A DNA stretch of 64,000 bases from contig OZ024743.1 in NCBI GenBank assembly GCA_964016885.1, forward strand, positions 90,148,001 through 90,212,000, given 5' to 3'. Position 1 is the first letter of the stretch. The number at the start of each line of letters is the position of its first letter. Both the position numbers and the translations under genes were made by a program. The notes below the pieces were generated by a model. It was not told where the DNA came from. It did no database searches and saw only the letters and a list, made by a program, of their open reading frames with translations. The stretch comes from Eledone cirrhosa. Taxonomy: Eukaryota. This document shows, piece by piece, positions 1-13,894 of the stretch.

Positions 1-3000
1 GCCAGCTAAACACTCTAACCACTCCACCCTTCACACCACTCATGACCTTACAATTGCCAGCTAAACACTCTAACCACTCCACCCTTCACACCACTTATGA
101 CCTTACAATTGCCAGCTAAACATTCTAACCACTCCACCCTTCACACCACTCATGACTTACAATTGCCAGCTAAACACTCTAACCATTCTACCCTCCACAC
201 CACTTATGACCTTACAATTGCCAGCTAAACACTCTAACCACTCTACCCTCCACACCACTTATGACCTTACAATTGCCAGCTAAACACTCTAACCACTCCA
301 CCCTTCACACCACTCATGACCTTACAATTGCCAGCTAAACACTCTAACCACTCCACCCTTCACACCACTTATGACCTTACAATTGCCAGCTAAACACTCT
401 AACCACTCCACTCATGACCTTACAATTGTCAGCCAAACACTCTAACCACTCCACCCTTCACACCACTTATGACCTTACAATTGCCAGCTAAACACTCTAA
501 CCACTCCACCCTTCACACCACTCATGACCTTACAATTGCCAGCTAAACACTCTAACCACTCCACCCTTCACACCACTTATGATCTTACAATTGCCAGCTA
601 AACACTCTAACCACTCCACCCTTCACACCACTTATGACCTTACAATTGCCAGCTAAACACTCTAACCACTCCACCCTTCACACCACTCATGACCTTACAA
701 TTGCCAGCTAAACACTCTAACCACTCCAACCTTCACACCACTTATGACCTTACAATTGCCAGCTAAACACTCTAACCACTCCACCCTTCACACCACTTAT
801 GACCTTACAATTGCCAGCTAAACACTCTAACCACTCCACCCTTCACACCACTCATGACCTTACAATTGCCAGCTAAACACTCTAACCACTCCACCCTTCA
901 CACCAGTTATGACCTTACAATTGCCAGCTAAACATTCTAACCACTCCACCCTTCACACCACTCATGACTTACAATTGCCAGCTAAACACTCTAACCACTC
1001 TACCCTCCACACCACTTATGACCTTACAATTGCCAGCTAAACACTCTAACCACTCTACCCTTCACACCACTTATGACCTTACAATTGCCAGCTAAACACT
1101 CTAACCACTCCACCCTTCACACCACTTATGACCTTACAATTGCCAGCCAAACACTCTAACCACTCCACCCTTCACACCACTTATGACCTTACAATTGCCA
1201 GCCAAACACTGTAACCACTCCACCCTTCACACCACTTATGACCTTACAATTGCCAGCTAAACACTCTAACCCCTCCACCCTTCACACCACTTATGACCTT
1301 ACAATTGCCAGCTAAACACTCTAACCACTCCACCCTTCACACCACTTATGACCTTCAATTGCCAGCCAAACACTCTAACCACTCCACCCTTCACACCACT
1401 CATGACCTTACAATTGCCAGCCAAACACTCTAACCACTCCACCCTTCACACCACTCATGACCTTACAATTGCCAGCCAAACACTCTAACCACTCCACCCT
1501 TCACACCACTCATGACCTTACAATTGCCAGCCAAACACTCTAACCACTCCACCCTTCACACCACTTATGACCTTACAATTGCCAGCCAAACACTCTAACC
1601 ACTCCACCCTTCACACCACTTATGACCTTACAATTGTCAGCCAAACACTCTAACCACTCCACCCTTCACACCACTTATGACCTTACAATTGTCAGCCAAA
1701 CACTCTAACCACTCCACCCTTCACACCACTTATGACCTTACAATTGCCAGCTAAACACTCTAACCACTCCACCCTTCACACCACTTATGACCTTACAATT
1801 GTCAGCCAAACACTCTAACCACTCCACCCTTCACACCACTTATGACCTTACAATTGCCAGCCAAACACTCTAACCACTCCACCCTTCACACCACTTATGA
1901 CCTTACAATTGTCAGCCAAACACTCTAACCACTCCACCCTTCACACTACTTATGACCTTACAATTGCCAGCCAAACACTCTAACCACTCCACCCTTCACA
2001 CCACTTATGACCTTACAATTGCCAGCCAAACACTCTAACCACTCCACCCTTCACACCACTTATGACCTTACAATTGCCAGCTAAACACTCTAACCACTCC
2101 ACCCTTCACACCACTTATGACCTTACAATTGCCAGCCAAACACTCTAACCACTCCACCCTTCACACCACTTATGACCTTACAATTGTCAGCCAAACACTC
2201 TAACCACTCCACCCTTCACACCACTTATGACCTTACAATTGTCAGCCAAACACTCTAACCACTCCACCCTTCACACCACTTATGACCTTACAATTGCCAG
2301 CTAAACACTCTAACCACTCCACCCTTCACACCACTTATGACCTTACAATTGTCAGCCAAACACTCTAACCACTCCACCCTTCACACCACTTATGACCTTA
2401 CAATTGCCAGCCAAACACTCTAACCACTCCACCCTTCACACCACTTATGACCTTACAATTGTCAGCCAAACACTCTAACCACTCCACCCTTCACACCACT
2501 TATGACATTACAATTGCCAGCTAAACACTCTAACCACTCCACCCTTCACACCACTTATGACCTTACAATTGCCAGCCAAACACTCTAACCACTCCACCCT
2601 TCACATCACTCATGACCTTACAATTGTCAGCCAAACACTCTAACCACTCCACTCTTCACACCACTCATGACCTTACAATTGCCAGCCAAACAATCTAACC
2701 ACTCTACCCTTCACACCACTTATGACCTTACAATTGCCAGCCAAACACTCTAACCACTCCACCCTTCACACCACTCATGACCTTACAATTGCCAGCTAAA
2801 CACTCTAACCACTCCACCATTCACACCACTTATGACCTTACAATTGCCAGCTAAACACTCTAACCACTCCACCCTTCACACCACTTATGACCTTACAATT
2901 GCCAGCTAAACACTCTAACCACTCCACCCTTCACACCACTTATGACCTTACAATTGCCAGCCAAACACTCTAACCACTCCACCCTTCACACCACTCATGA

Positions 3001-6000
3001 CCTTACAATTGCCAGCTAAACACTCTAACCACTCCACCCTTCACACCACTTATGACCTTACAATTGCCAGCCAAACCTCTAACCACTCCACCCTTCACAC
3101 CACTCATGACCTTACAATTGCCAGCAAAACACTCTAACCACTCCACCCTTCACACCACTCATGACCTTACAATTGCCAGCTAAACACTCTAACCACTCCA
3201 CCCTTCACACCACTTATGACCTTACGATTGCCAGCTAAACACTCTAACCACTCCACCCTTCACACCACACATGACCTTACAATTGCCAGCCAAACACTCT
3301 AACCACTCCACCCTTCACACCACTTATGACCTTACAATTGCCAGCCAAACCTCTAACCACTCCACCCTTCACACCACTCATGACCTTACAATTGCCAGCA
3401 AAACACTCTAACCACTCCACCCTTCACACCACTCATGACCTTACAATTGCCAGCTAAACACTCTAACCACTCCACCCTTCACACCACTTATGACCTTACA
3501 ATTGCCAGCCAAACCTCTAACCACTCCACCCTTCACACCACTCATGACCTTACAATTGCCAGCAAAACACTCTAACCACTCCACCCTTCACACCACTCAT
3601 GACCTTACAATTGCCAGCTAAACACTCTAACCACTCAATCCTTCACACCACTTATGACCTTACAATTGCCAGCTAAACACTCTAACCACTCCACCCTTCA
3701 CACCACTCATGACCTTACAATTGCCAGCTAAACACTCTAACCACTCCACCCTTCACACCACTTATGACCTTACAATTGCCAGCCAAACCTCTAACCACTC
3801 CACCCTTCACACCACTCATGACCTTACAATTGCCAGCCAAACACTCTAACCACTCCACCCTTCACACCACTCATGACCTTACAATTGCCAGCCAAACACT
3901 CTAACCACTCCACCCTTCACACCACTTATGACCTTACAATTGCCAGCCAAACCTCTAACCACTCCACCCTTCACACCACTCATGACCTTACAATTGCCAG
4001 CAAAACACTCTAACAACTCCACCCTTCACACCACACATGACCTTACAATTGCCAGCCAAACACTCTAACCACTCCACCCTTCACACCACTTATGACCTTA
4101 CAATTGCCAGCCAAACCTCTAACCACTCCACCCTTCACACCACTCATGACCTTACAATTGCCAGCAAAACACTCTAACCACTCCACCCTTCACACCACTC
4201 ATGACCTTACAATTGCCAGCTAAACACTCTAACCACTCCACCCTTCACACCACTTATGACCTTACAATTGCCAGCCAAACCTCTAACCACTCCACCCTTC
4301 ACACAACTCATGACCTTACAATTGCCAGCCAAACACTCTAACCACTCCACCCTTCACACCACTTATGACCTTACAATTGCCAGCCAAACACTCTAACCAC
4401 TCCACCCTTCACACCACTTATGACCTTACAATTGCCAGCTAAACACTCTAACCACTCCACCCTTCACACCACTTATGACCTTACAATTGCCAGCCAAACA
4501 CTCTAACCACTCCACCCTTCACATCACTCATGACTTTACAATTGCCAGCCAAGCACTCTAACCACTCCACCCTTCACACCACTTATGACCTTACAATTGC
4601 CAGCCAAACACTCTAACCACTCCACCCTTCACATCACTCATGACCTTACAATTGCCAGCCAAACACTCTAACCACTCCACCCTTCACACCACTGATGACC
4701 TTACAATTGCAGGCTAAACACTCTAACCACTCCACCCTTCACACCACTTATGACCTTAAAATTGCCAGCTAAACACTCTAACCACTCCACCCTTCACATC
4801 ACTCATGACCTTACAATTGCCAGCCAAACACTCTAACCACTCCACCCTTCACACCACTTATGACCTTACAATTGCCAGCTAAACACTCTAACCACTCCAC
4901 CCTTCACACCACTCATGACCTTACAATTGCCAGCTAAACACTCTAACCACTCCACCCTTCACACCACTTATGACCTTACAATTGCCAGCTAAACACTCTA
5001 ACCACTCCACCCTTCACACCACTTATGACCTTACAATTGCCAGCTAAACACTCTAACCACTCCACCCTTCACACCACTTATGACCTTACAATTGCCAGCC
5101 AAACACTCTAACCACTCCACCCTTCACATCACTCATGACCTTACAATTGTCAGCCAAACACTCTAACCACTCCACCCTTCACACCACTCATGACCTTACA
5201 ATTGCCAGCTAAACACTCTAACCCCTCCACCCTTCACACCACTTATGACATTACAATTGCCAGCTAAACACTCTAACCACTCCACCCTTCACACCACTCA
5301 TGACCTTACAATTGCCAGCTAAACACTCTAACCATTCCACCCTTCACACCACTCATGACCTTACAATTGCCAGCCAAACACTCTAACCACTCCACCCTTC
5401 ACATCACTCATGACCTTACAATTGTCAGCCAAACACTCTAACCACTCCACTCTTCACACCACTCATGACCTTACAATTGCCAGCCAAACAATCTAACCAC
5501 TCTACCCTTCACACCACTTATGACCTTACAATTGCCAGACAAACACTCTAACCACTCCACCCTTCACACCACTCATGACCTTACAATTGCCAGCCAAACA
5601 ATCTAACCACTCTACCCTTCACACCACTTATGACCTTACAATTGCCAGCCAAACACTCTAACCACTCCACCCTTCACACCACTCATGACCTTACAATTGC
5701 CAGCTAAACACTCTAACCACTCCACCCTTCACACCACTCATGACCTTACAATTGCCAGCTAAACACTCTAACCACTCCACTCTTCACACCACTCATGACC
5801 TTACAATTGCCAGCTAAACACTCTAACCACTCCACTCTTCACACCACTCATGACCTTACAATTGCCAGCCAAACACTCTAACCACTCCACCCTTCACACC
5901 ACTCATGACCTTACAATTGCCAGCCAAACACTCTAACCACTCCACCCTTCACACCACTAATGACCTTACAATTGCCAGCTAAACACTCTAACCACTCCAC

Positions 6001-8706
6001 CCTTCACACCACTTATGACCTTACAATTGCCAGCCAAACCTCTAACCACTCCACCCTTCACACCACTTATGACCTTACAATTGCCAGCTAAACACTCTAA
6101 CCACTTCACCCTTCACACCACTTATGACCTTACAATTGCCAGCCAAACACTCTAACCACTCCACCATTCACACCACTTATGACCTTACAATTGCCAGCTA
6201 AACACTCTAACCACTTCACCCTTCACACCACTTATGACCTTACAATTGCCAGCCAAACACTCTAACCACTCCACCATTCACACAACTTATGACCTTACAA
6301 TTGCCAGCTAAACACTCTAACCACTTCACCCTTCACACCACTCATGACCTTACAATTGCCAGCTAAACACTCTAACCATTGCACCCTTCACACCACTCAT
6401 GACCTTACAATTGCCAGCCAAACCTCTAACCACTCCACCCTTTACACCACTCATGACCTTACAATTGCCAGCTAAACACTCTAACCACTTCACCCTTCAC
6501 ACCACTCATGACCATACAATTGCCAGCCAAACCTCTAACCACTCCACCCTTCACACCACTCATTACCTTACAATTGCCAGCTAAACACTCTAACCATTCC
6601 ACCCTTCACACCACTCATGACCTTACAATTGCCAGCCAAACACTCTAACCACTCCACCCTTCACACCACTTATGACCTTACAATTGCCAGCCAAACCTCT
6701 AACCACTCCACCCTTTACACCACTCATGACCTTACAATTGCCAGCTAAACACTCTAACCACTCCACCCTTCACACCACTTATGACCTTACAATTGCCAGC
6801 TAAACACTCTAACCATTCCACCCTTCACACCACTTATGACCTTACAATTGCCAGCTAAACACTCTAACCACTCCACCCTTCACACCACTTATGACCTTAC
6901 AATTGCCAGCTAAACACTCTAACCACTCCATCCTTCACACCACTTATGATCTTACAATTGCCAGCTAAACACTCTAACCACTCTAGCCTTCACACCACTC
7001 ATGACCTTACAATTGCCAGCCAAACACTCTAACCACTCCATCCTTCACACCACTTATGACCTTACAATTGCAGGCTAAACACTCTAACCACTCCACCCTT
7101 CAGACCACTTATGACCTTACAATTGCCAGCTAAACACTCTAACCACTCCACCCTTCACACCACTTATGACCTTACAATTGCCAGCCAAACACTCTAACCA
7201 CTCCACCCTTCACACCACTTATGACCTTAAAATTGCCAGCTAAACAATCTAACCACTCCACCCTTCACACCACTCATGACCTTACAATTGCCAGCTAAAC
7301 ACTCTAACCACTCCACCCTTCACACCACTCATGACCTTACAATTGCCAGCTAAACACTCTAACCACTCCACTCTTCACACCACTCATGACCTTACAATTG
7401 CCAGCTAAACACTCTAACCACTCCACTCTTCACACCACTCATGACCTTACAATTGCCAGCCAAACACTCTAACCACTCCACCCTTCACACCACTTATGAC
7501 CTGACAATTGCCAGCCAAACACTCTAACCACTCCACCCTTCACACCACTCATGACCTGACAATTGCCAGCCAAACACTCTAACCACTCCACCCTTCACAC
7601 CACTCATGACCTTACAATTGCCAGCTAAACACTCTAACCACTCCACCCTTCACACCACTTATGACCTTACAATTGCCAGCCAAACACTCTAACCACTCCA
7701 CCCTTCACACCACTTATGACCTTACAATTGCAGGCTAAACACTCTAACCACTCCACCCTTCACACCACTCATGACCTTACAATTGCCAGCTAAACACTCT
7801 AACCACTCCACCCTTCACACCACTTATGACCTTACAATTGCCAGCTAAACACTCTAACCACTCCACCCTTCACACCACTTATGACCTTACAATTGCCAGC
7901 TAAACACTCTAACCACTCCACCCTTCACACCACTTATGACCTTACAATTGCCAGCTAAACACTCTAACCACTCCTCCCTTCACACCACTTATGACCTGAC
8001 AATTGCCAGCCAAACACTCTAACCCCTCCACCCTTCACACCACTTATGACCTTACAATTGCCAGCTAAACACTCTAACCACTCTACCCTTCACACCACTT
8101 ATGACCTTACAATTGCCAGCTAAACACTCTAACCACTCCACCCTTCACACCACTCATGACCTTACAATTGCCAGCTAAACACTCTAACCACTCCACCCTT
8201 CACACCACTCATGACCTTACAATTGCCAGCCAAACCTCTAACCACTCCACCCTTCACACCACTCATGACCTTACAATTGCCAGCTAAACACTCTAACCAC
8301 TCCACTCTTCACACCACTCATGACCTTACAATTGCCAGCCAAACACTCTAACCACTCCACTCTTCACACCACTCATGACCTTACAATTGCCAGCTAAACA
8401 CTCTAACCACTCCACCCTTCACACCACTCATGACCTTACAATTGCAGGCTAAACACTCTAACCACTCCACCCTTCACACCACTTATGACCTGACAATTGC
8501 CAGCCAAACACTCTAACCACTCCACCCTTCACACCACTTATGACCTTACAATTGCCAGCTAAACACTCTAACCACTCCACCTTTCACACCACTCATGACC
8601 TTACAATTGCCAGCCAAACACTCTAGCCACTCCACCCTTCACACCACTTATGACCTTACAATTGCCAGCCAAACACTCTAACCACTCTACCCTTCACACC
8701 ACTTAT
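1..8706. repeat. 55-bp minisatellite, ~158 tandem units (GCCAGCYAAACACTCTAACCACTCCACCCTTCACACCACTYATGACCTTACAATT), runs off the 5' window edge
   Basis: Direct 55-nt periodicity with recurrent SNP and 1-nt deletion variants. Confidence 0.98.
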
Positions 8707-8799
8707 GGTTTATGGTTTGTTATTTACTTAAAAGATCCATCAACCATCTTCCCAATGGAGAACAACCATTTCTTACAATCCCTGCGATACACAATGTCT

Positions 8800-11700
8800 T
8801 CTTGTCTTTCTGTCAATCAGTCAGTCTGTCTGTCTGTCTTTCAGTCTGTCTATCTTCCTGTCTATCAGCTTGTCAGACTGTCTTTCAGTCTGTCTCTCTC
8901 TCTATCTTCCTGTCTCTCTCTCTTAGTCAATCTGTCTATTTGCCTTCCTTTCTTTCTATCCATCACTCTCTCTATCTGTCTGTCAGTCTGTCAGTCTGTA
9001 TGTTATTCTTTCTATCTGTCAGTCTCTCTGTTTGGCAGTATCTCAGTCTCTCAGTCTCTCAGTCTCTCAGTCTGTCCATCTGTCAGTCTCTCAGTCTCTC
9101 AGTCTCTCAGTCTCTCAGTCTCTCTGTTTCTCAGTCTGTCTGTCTCTCAGTCTCTCAGTCTGTCCATCTGTCTGTCTCTCAGTCTCTCTGTCTCTCTGTC
9201 TCTCCGTCTCTCAGTCTCTCAGTCTCTCTGTCTCTCTGTCTCTCTGTCTCTCAATCTCTTAGTCTGTCAGTCTGTCCATCTGTCAGTCTCTCTGTCTCTC
9301 TGTCTCTCAGTCTCTCTGTCTCTCTGTCTCTCAATCTCTCAGTCTCTCAGTCTCTCAGTCTCTCTGTTTCTCAATCTCTCAGTCTCTCAGTCTCTCAGTC
9401 TGTCAGTCTGTCCATCTGTCAGTCTCTCAGTCTCGCCATCTCTCAGTCTCTCCGTCTCTCAGTCTCTCTGTCTCTCTGACTCTCTGTCTCTCAATCTCTC
9501 AGTCTGTCAGTCTGTCCATCTGTCAGTCTCTCTGTCTCTCTGTCTCTCTGTCTCTCTGTCACACAATCTCTCAGTCTCTCTGTCTCTCAATCTCTCCGTC
9601 TCTCTGTCTCTCTGTCTCTCAATCTCTCAGTCTCTCAGTCTCTCAATCTCTCAGTTTCTCAGTCTCTCAATCTCTCAGTCTCTCAGTCTGTCCATCTGTC
9701 AGTCTCTCAGTCTCTCCGTCTCTCAGTCTCTCAGTCTCTCAGTCTCTCTGTCTCTCAATCTCTCAGTCTGTCAGTCTGTCCATCTGTCAGTCTCTCTGTC
9801 TCTCAGTCTCTCAGTCTCTCTGTCTCTCTATCTCTCTGTCTCTCAATCTCTCAGTCTCTCAGTCTCTCTGTCTCTCAATCTCTCAGTCTCTCAGTCTCTC
9901 AGTCTCTCAGTCTCTCAGTCTGTCAGTCTGTCCATCTGTCAGTCTCTCAGTCTCTCCGTCTCTCAGTCTCTCAGTCTCTCAGTCTCTCAGTCTCTCTGTC
10001 TCTCAATCTCTCAGTCTCTCAGTCTCTCAGTCTCTCAGTCTCTCAATCTCTCTGTCTCTCTGTCTCTCTGTCTCTCAATCTCTCAGTCTGTCAGTCTGTC
10101 CATCTGTCAGTCTCTCTGTCTCTCAGTCTCTCAGTCTCTCTGTCTCTCTGTCTCTCTGTCTCTCAATCTCTCAGTCTCTCAGTCTCTCTGTCTCTCTGTC
10201 TCTCAATCTCTCAGTCTCTCAGTCTGTCAGTCTGTCCATCTGTCAGTCTCTCTGTCTCTGTCTCTGTCTCTCCGTCTCTCAGTCTCTCAGTCTCTCTGTC
10301 TCTCTGTCTCTCTGTCTCTCAATCTCTCAGTCTGTCAGTCTGTCCATCTGTCAGTCTCTCTGTCTCTCTGTCTCTCTGTCTCTCAATCTCTTAGTCTCTC
10401 TGTCTCTCAATCTCTCCGTCTTTCTGTCTCTCTGTCTCTCAATCTCTCAGTCTCTCAGCCTCTCAGTCTCTCAATCTCTCAGTTTCTCAGTCTCTCAGTG
10501 TCTCAGTCTCTCAGTCTGTCCATCTGTCAGTCTCTCAGTCTCTCCGTCTCTCAGTCTCTCAGTCTCTCAGTCTCTCTGTCTCTCAATCTCTCAGTCTGTC
10601 AGCCTGTCCATCTGTCAGTCTCTCTGTCTCTCAGTCTCTCAGTCTCTCTGTCTCTCTGTCTCTCTGTCTCTCAATCTCTCAGTCTCTCAGTCTCTCACTC
10701 TCTCTGTCTCTCTGTCTCTCAATCTCTCAGTCTCTCTGTCTCTCAGTCTCTCAGTCTGTCAGTCTGTCCATCTGTCAGTCTCTCAGTCTCTCCGTCTCTC
10801 TGTCTCTCAGTCTCTCAGTCTCTCAGTCTCTCTGTCTCTCTGTCTCTCAATCTCTCAGTCTCTCAGTCTCTCAGTCTCTCAGTCTGTCAGTCTGTCCATC
10901 TGTCAGTCTCTCAGTCTCTCAGTCTCTCCGTCTCTCAGTCTCTCAGTCTCTCTGTCTCTCTGTCTCTCTGTCTCTCAATCTCTCAGTCTGTCAGTCTGTC
11001 CATCTGTCAGTCTCTCTGTCTCTCAGTCTCTCTGTCTCTCTGTCTCTCTGTCTCTCAATCTCTCAGTCTCTCAGTCTCTCTGTCTCTCTGTCTCTCAATC
11101 TCTCAGTCTCTCAGTCTCTCAGTCTCTCAGTCTCTCCGTCTCTCAGTCTCTCAGTCTCTCTGTCTCTCTGTCTCTCAATCTTTCAGTCTGTCAGTCTGTC
11201 CATCTGTCAGTCTCTCTGTCTCTCTGTCTCTCTGTCTCTCTGTCTCTCAATCTCTCAGTCTCTCTGTCTCTCAATCTCTCCGTCTCTCTGTCTCTCTGTC
11301 TCTCAATCTCTCAGTCTCTCAGTCTCTCAGTCTCTCAATCTCTCTGTCTCTCAGTCTCTCAGTCTCTCTGTCTCTGTCTCTCTGTCCCTCTGTCCCTCTG
11401 TCTCTCGGTCTCTCAATCTCTCAGTCTCTCAGTCTCTCAGTCTCTCAGTTTCTCAGTCTCTCAGTCTCTCAGTCTCTCAGTCTCTCTGTCTCTCAATCTC
11501 TCAGTCTGTCCATCTGTCAGTCTCTCTGTCTCTCTGTCTCTCAGTCTCTCAGTCTCTCTGTCTCTGTCTCTCTGTCCCTCTGTCCCTCTGTCCCTCTGTC
11601 TCTCGGTCTCTCAGTCTCTCTGTCTCTCAGTCTCTCAGTCTCTCTGTCTCTCAGTCTCTCAGTCTCTCAGTCTCTCTGTCTCTCAGTCTGTCTGTCTGTC

Positions 11701-11941
11701 TGTCCGTCTGTCCATCTGTCCGTCTGTCTGTATATCAGTCTGTCTGTCTCTCAGTCTCTCAGTCTCTCAGTCTGTCCATCTGTCAGTCTCTCTGTCTCTC
11801 AGTCTGTCCGTCTGTCTGTCTATCAGTCTGTCTCTCTGTCAGTCTGTCCATCTGTCCGTCTGTCCATCTGTCCGTCTGTCTGTCTATAAGTCTGTCTGTC
11901 TCTCAGTCTGTCCGTCTGTCCATCTGTCCGTCTGTCTGTCT
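8800..11941. repeat. Compound TCTG/TCTCTCAG/TCTGTCCA microsatellite array upstream of Tx1 copy 1
   Basis: 4- and 8-nt pyrimidine-rich units; source of the spurious poly-SL ORFs. Confidence 0.95.
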
Positions 11942-12116
11942 GAGGATAGTAGACGTGTGTCATATCGCTCTGTGATTTGGATTTTTACCTGCTATTTTTG
12001 TGAGTGGAATTTTTTGAATTCTTTTGTATAATTAACTGTAACCCCTAGTCTGGGACTCTAGACGTCGGGTAAATATATTTTCACCCCTTTTGGGGTGAAA
12101 AATAAATATTTCAGAA

Positions 12117-13871
12117 ATGTTTATCGATATCGTTGATAACGATATCGTCGAAAACGATATCGCCATATTGGAAGCGAACGCCACGCCGACCAAAAAAACA
12201 AGCGGGAAAGAGGGAACAACAGTTCAAACTGTTGAACAACCCCTCCTCTCCAATGAAAAAAAGAATTTCAATTCAAATGAAAAAATTAATTTTCAAGAGA
12301 AAAATAACACCACAAATAAGGAAACCAACAACATTACAACAACAAACAAAGACAAAATTTCTTTTGCCCAAACACTCAGGAGAGCCACGGAATACAAAGC
12401 CATTGACATCACGAACGCCAAGGAAAATTTGCTAGAGGCTAGAAAATACGTATCTTTTGGGGAGGATGGTTCTTTTACGATCAACTCCCCAGAAGAAGTG
12501 CGTGAACAGATTTACAAGAATACCGTAAGCTACAGAACCATAACCAACGAAACGAGAAAGCCAGCGCAATTGACCGAAAGTCAAATCGAGCTGGTTCTGA
12601 AAGAAATTAAAAATGACATACTCTTTATTCAAAGAGGAAAGCTGTATGCCAGCATTATGGTCCGAATGAAGGACGAAATGCTGGCTCAGAAATATTCGGT
12701 GGCACCTATAGTGTCACCACAATACACCTTCTTCCCCACATATAAAGGAAGAAGAACACAAAGGATAAGAATGTGGAGCCCTACGCCAGAAATTAACATC
12801 TGGTCCGTCCTAACAGGATTTACCGACCTAGATAAGGACATACTAATTTCAGCAGGGGAGTCCACCAGTGGACTGTTCGGAGGGAAAAGTCTGGAGGTTC
12901 TCTTACAGATGACACCTGAGAGAATCTCCGGAATACCCGACCGAGTGCTACTGGATGGGCGAACCTACATAAATATCACAGTGGAAGGCAGGAGACCCTC
13001 ATGTTACCACTGCGCTGGCAGAGGTCACCTGAGGACGGCCTGCCCTCTACTAACAACTAAAAAATCACTGCTACAAACACCACAACAACAACAAAAACAA
13101 CCAGCACCACCATCACAAAAACAACAAAATACACTACCATCTCCACCAGAACAACAAAAACCAACAACACCACCACCACAACAACAACAACAACAACAAC
13201 ATCAACAACAGCTCAAGAAAACAACCCAAAACACGGTCCCACCCAGCCCCACCCCACAGAACACAAATACAAAAACAGTTCATACACAACCCGGAGATAT
13301 ACCCCTCCCCTCCAATACGGAAGAGGAGCTCATATCGTCGGAAGACGAGGGGGCTCCCTTCCAAAAAGTGAAAAGAAAAAAACGTACACACACCACAACA
13401 ACAAAAATAACCCCACCTGACAACACAACACAGACAATAAAACGCAAACTCACTCAACAACAACAAGCAAAAACAAACACAACACAAAAACTCTACACAT
13501 ACATAAACAAAAACAATGAAAACCTAACTTTAAAAATAGAAACCAACCCTTCGATACAAACCGAAGGGCCGATTTTCGTAACGGCAATGGGGCTCCCTAA
13601 CCTGAAAATGGTGAAAATCCCACTTGACATTTTTAAAACTTTAAAAGACATGTACCCTGAGGACGTGGGCCCACCCTGCACCAGGCCACTCAACCGCGTC
13701 CTCCTGAAAGGTTTTCCCCTCCCCTCCTCAAACACCCACACAACTCCAAAGATCCCAACCCCTCCACACACCAATACCCCCACACCACCACAAACCACCA
13801 CCCCACCCATCAACCCCGCCACCAGCCCCATGGAAACTGAGCGACCCGAACCCCGGGACGCAGAGAGGTAA
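12117..13871 (+). CDS. Tx1-like ORF1 nucleic-acid-binding protein, 584 aa
   Basis: CCHC knuckle CYHCAGRGHLRTAC; Q/T/P-rich C-terminus; lies 23 nt upstream of ORF2. Confidence 0.9.
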   Translation: MFIDIVDNDIVENDIAILEANATPTKKTSGKEGTTVQTVEQPLLSNEKKNFNSNEKINFQEKNNTTNKETNNITTTNKDKISFAQTLRRATEYKAIDITNAKENLLEARKYVSFGEDGSFTINSPEEVREQIYKNTVSYRTITNETRKPAQLTESQIELVLKEIKNDILFIQRGKLYASIMVRMKDEMLAQKYSVAPIVSPQYTFFPTYKGRRTQRIRMWSPTPEINIWSVLTGFTDLDKDILISAGESTSGLFGGKSLEVLLQMTPERISGIPDRVLLDGRTYINITVEGRRPSCYHCAGRGHLRTACPLLTTKKSLLQTPQQQQKQPAPPSQKQQNTLPSPPEQQKPTTPPPQQQQQQQHQQQLKKTTQNTVPPSPTPQNTNTKTVHTQPGDIPLPSNTEEELISSEDEGAPFQKVKRKKRTHTTTTKITPPDNTTQTIKRKLTQQQQAKTNTTQKLYTYINKNNENLTLKIETNPSIQTEGPIFVTAMGLPNLKMVKIPLDIFKTLKDMYPEDVGPPCTRPLNRVLLKGFPLPSSNTHTTPKIPTPPHTNTPTPPQTTTPPINPATSPMETERPEPRDAER

Positions 13872-13894
13872 GTGCCTCTTTCTTTGCCACCAAC

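Noticed and set aside
1-8706. CRISPR array or telomeric repeat interpretation
   Set aside because: Units are contiguous with no unique spacers and no cas genes; CTCTAACC is only a partial match to CCCTAA inside a 55-mer
8650-11889. 1079-aa ORF and other poly-Ser/Leu/Val ORFs (8712-9479, 17538-18932, 17909-18838)
   Set aside because: Translations of TCTG/TCTCTCAG microsatellite that lacks stop codons; no domain content
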